Assembly: GCA_963708395.1 (NCBI GenBank)
Contig: CAVPSG010000001.1
Span: forward strand, 62,406-126,405
Length of the DNA stretch: 64,000 nt
Direction: 5' to 3'
DNA from: an uncultured Acidobacteriota bacterium
GTDB taxonomy: Bacteria; Acidobacteriota; Thermoanaerobaculia; UBA5066; Gp7-AA6
The position numbers and the translations under genes are program-made. This document shows, one piece after another, positions 63,794 to 64,000 of this stretch (its first letter is position 1; each line of letters starts with the position of its first letter). The notes beneath the pieces are model-generated. The model saw only the letters and a program-made list of their open reading frames with translations, was not told the origin of the DNA and searched no databases.

Positions 63794-64000
63794 GAGCCGG
63801 CCCTCCGCGACGATTATCCTCCCTCCGGCGCGGCCCTGGCGCTCCCGGGGAATCGCGGACGGCCGAAAACCGTTGCGACTCACTGCCGTAGAAGAAGTTG
63901 GGCCCTTCGGGCGTCCCGCACGGAGCGAAATAGAATGACCCCGGAGCTTCATGCCGTGAGCCAAGAGAGGAAGAGTGTCGGCGACCTCGCCGCCCTTCGG

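Noticed and set aside
63956-64000. Possible gene start GTG AGC CAA GAG at the window end
   Set aside because: Only 15 codons are visible, too few to assign

Overview
High-GC bacterial chromosome segment, most likely Acidobacteriota (inferred from GWxTD, acidobacterial VWFA, DUF4388 and Oar-type TonB receptor genes). Many genes at about 14-22 kb and 44-63 kb carry small frameshifts that look like long-read assembly indels, not real pseudogenes. Gene order: (1) DUF4388 membrane protein, then dnaK-hsp20-hspR behind a HAIR-like operator; (2) a GWxTD / TonB-dependent receptor / GWxTD / VWFA envelope module; (3) DUF4388-HDOD, methylmalonyl-CoA mutase, nth-NDT-tdk and a 5'-nucleotidase; (4) a ~31 kb phosphate/polyphosphate cluster (CHAD x2, ppx, phoU, GH1, two PHP proteins, sthA, GT21, ppk1, porin, pstSCAB, phoBR, DUF47-pit) with six 11-bp-periodic Pho-box-like arrays read from the sequence, interrupted by an RGPP-leader / RND efflux / tandem beta-barrel block; (5) aminotransferase, RlmI-like methyltransferase, ThuA, GT4, two acyl-CoA dehydrogenases, small unknown proteins, a LivK-like binding protein and lpdA. 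I saw no rRNA, tRNA, CRISPR array, integrase or transposase. Best candidates for undescribed systems: a Pho-controlled PHP+GT21(+GH1) lipid-remodelling module, the arrest-peptide-led RND with co-regulated twin beta-barrels, the degenerate-GWxTD/TBDT/VWFA module, a convergent pair of paralogous ~85-aa unknown domains, and a structured RNA upstream of the aminotransferase. All family calls are by-eye motif recognition; no database searches were run.
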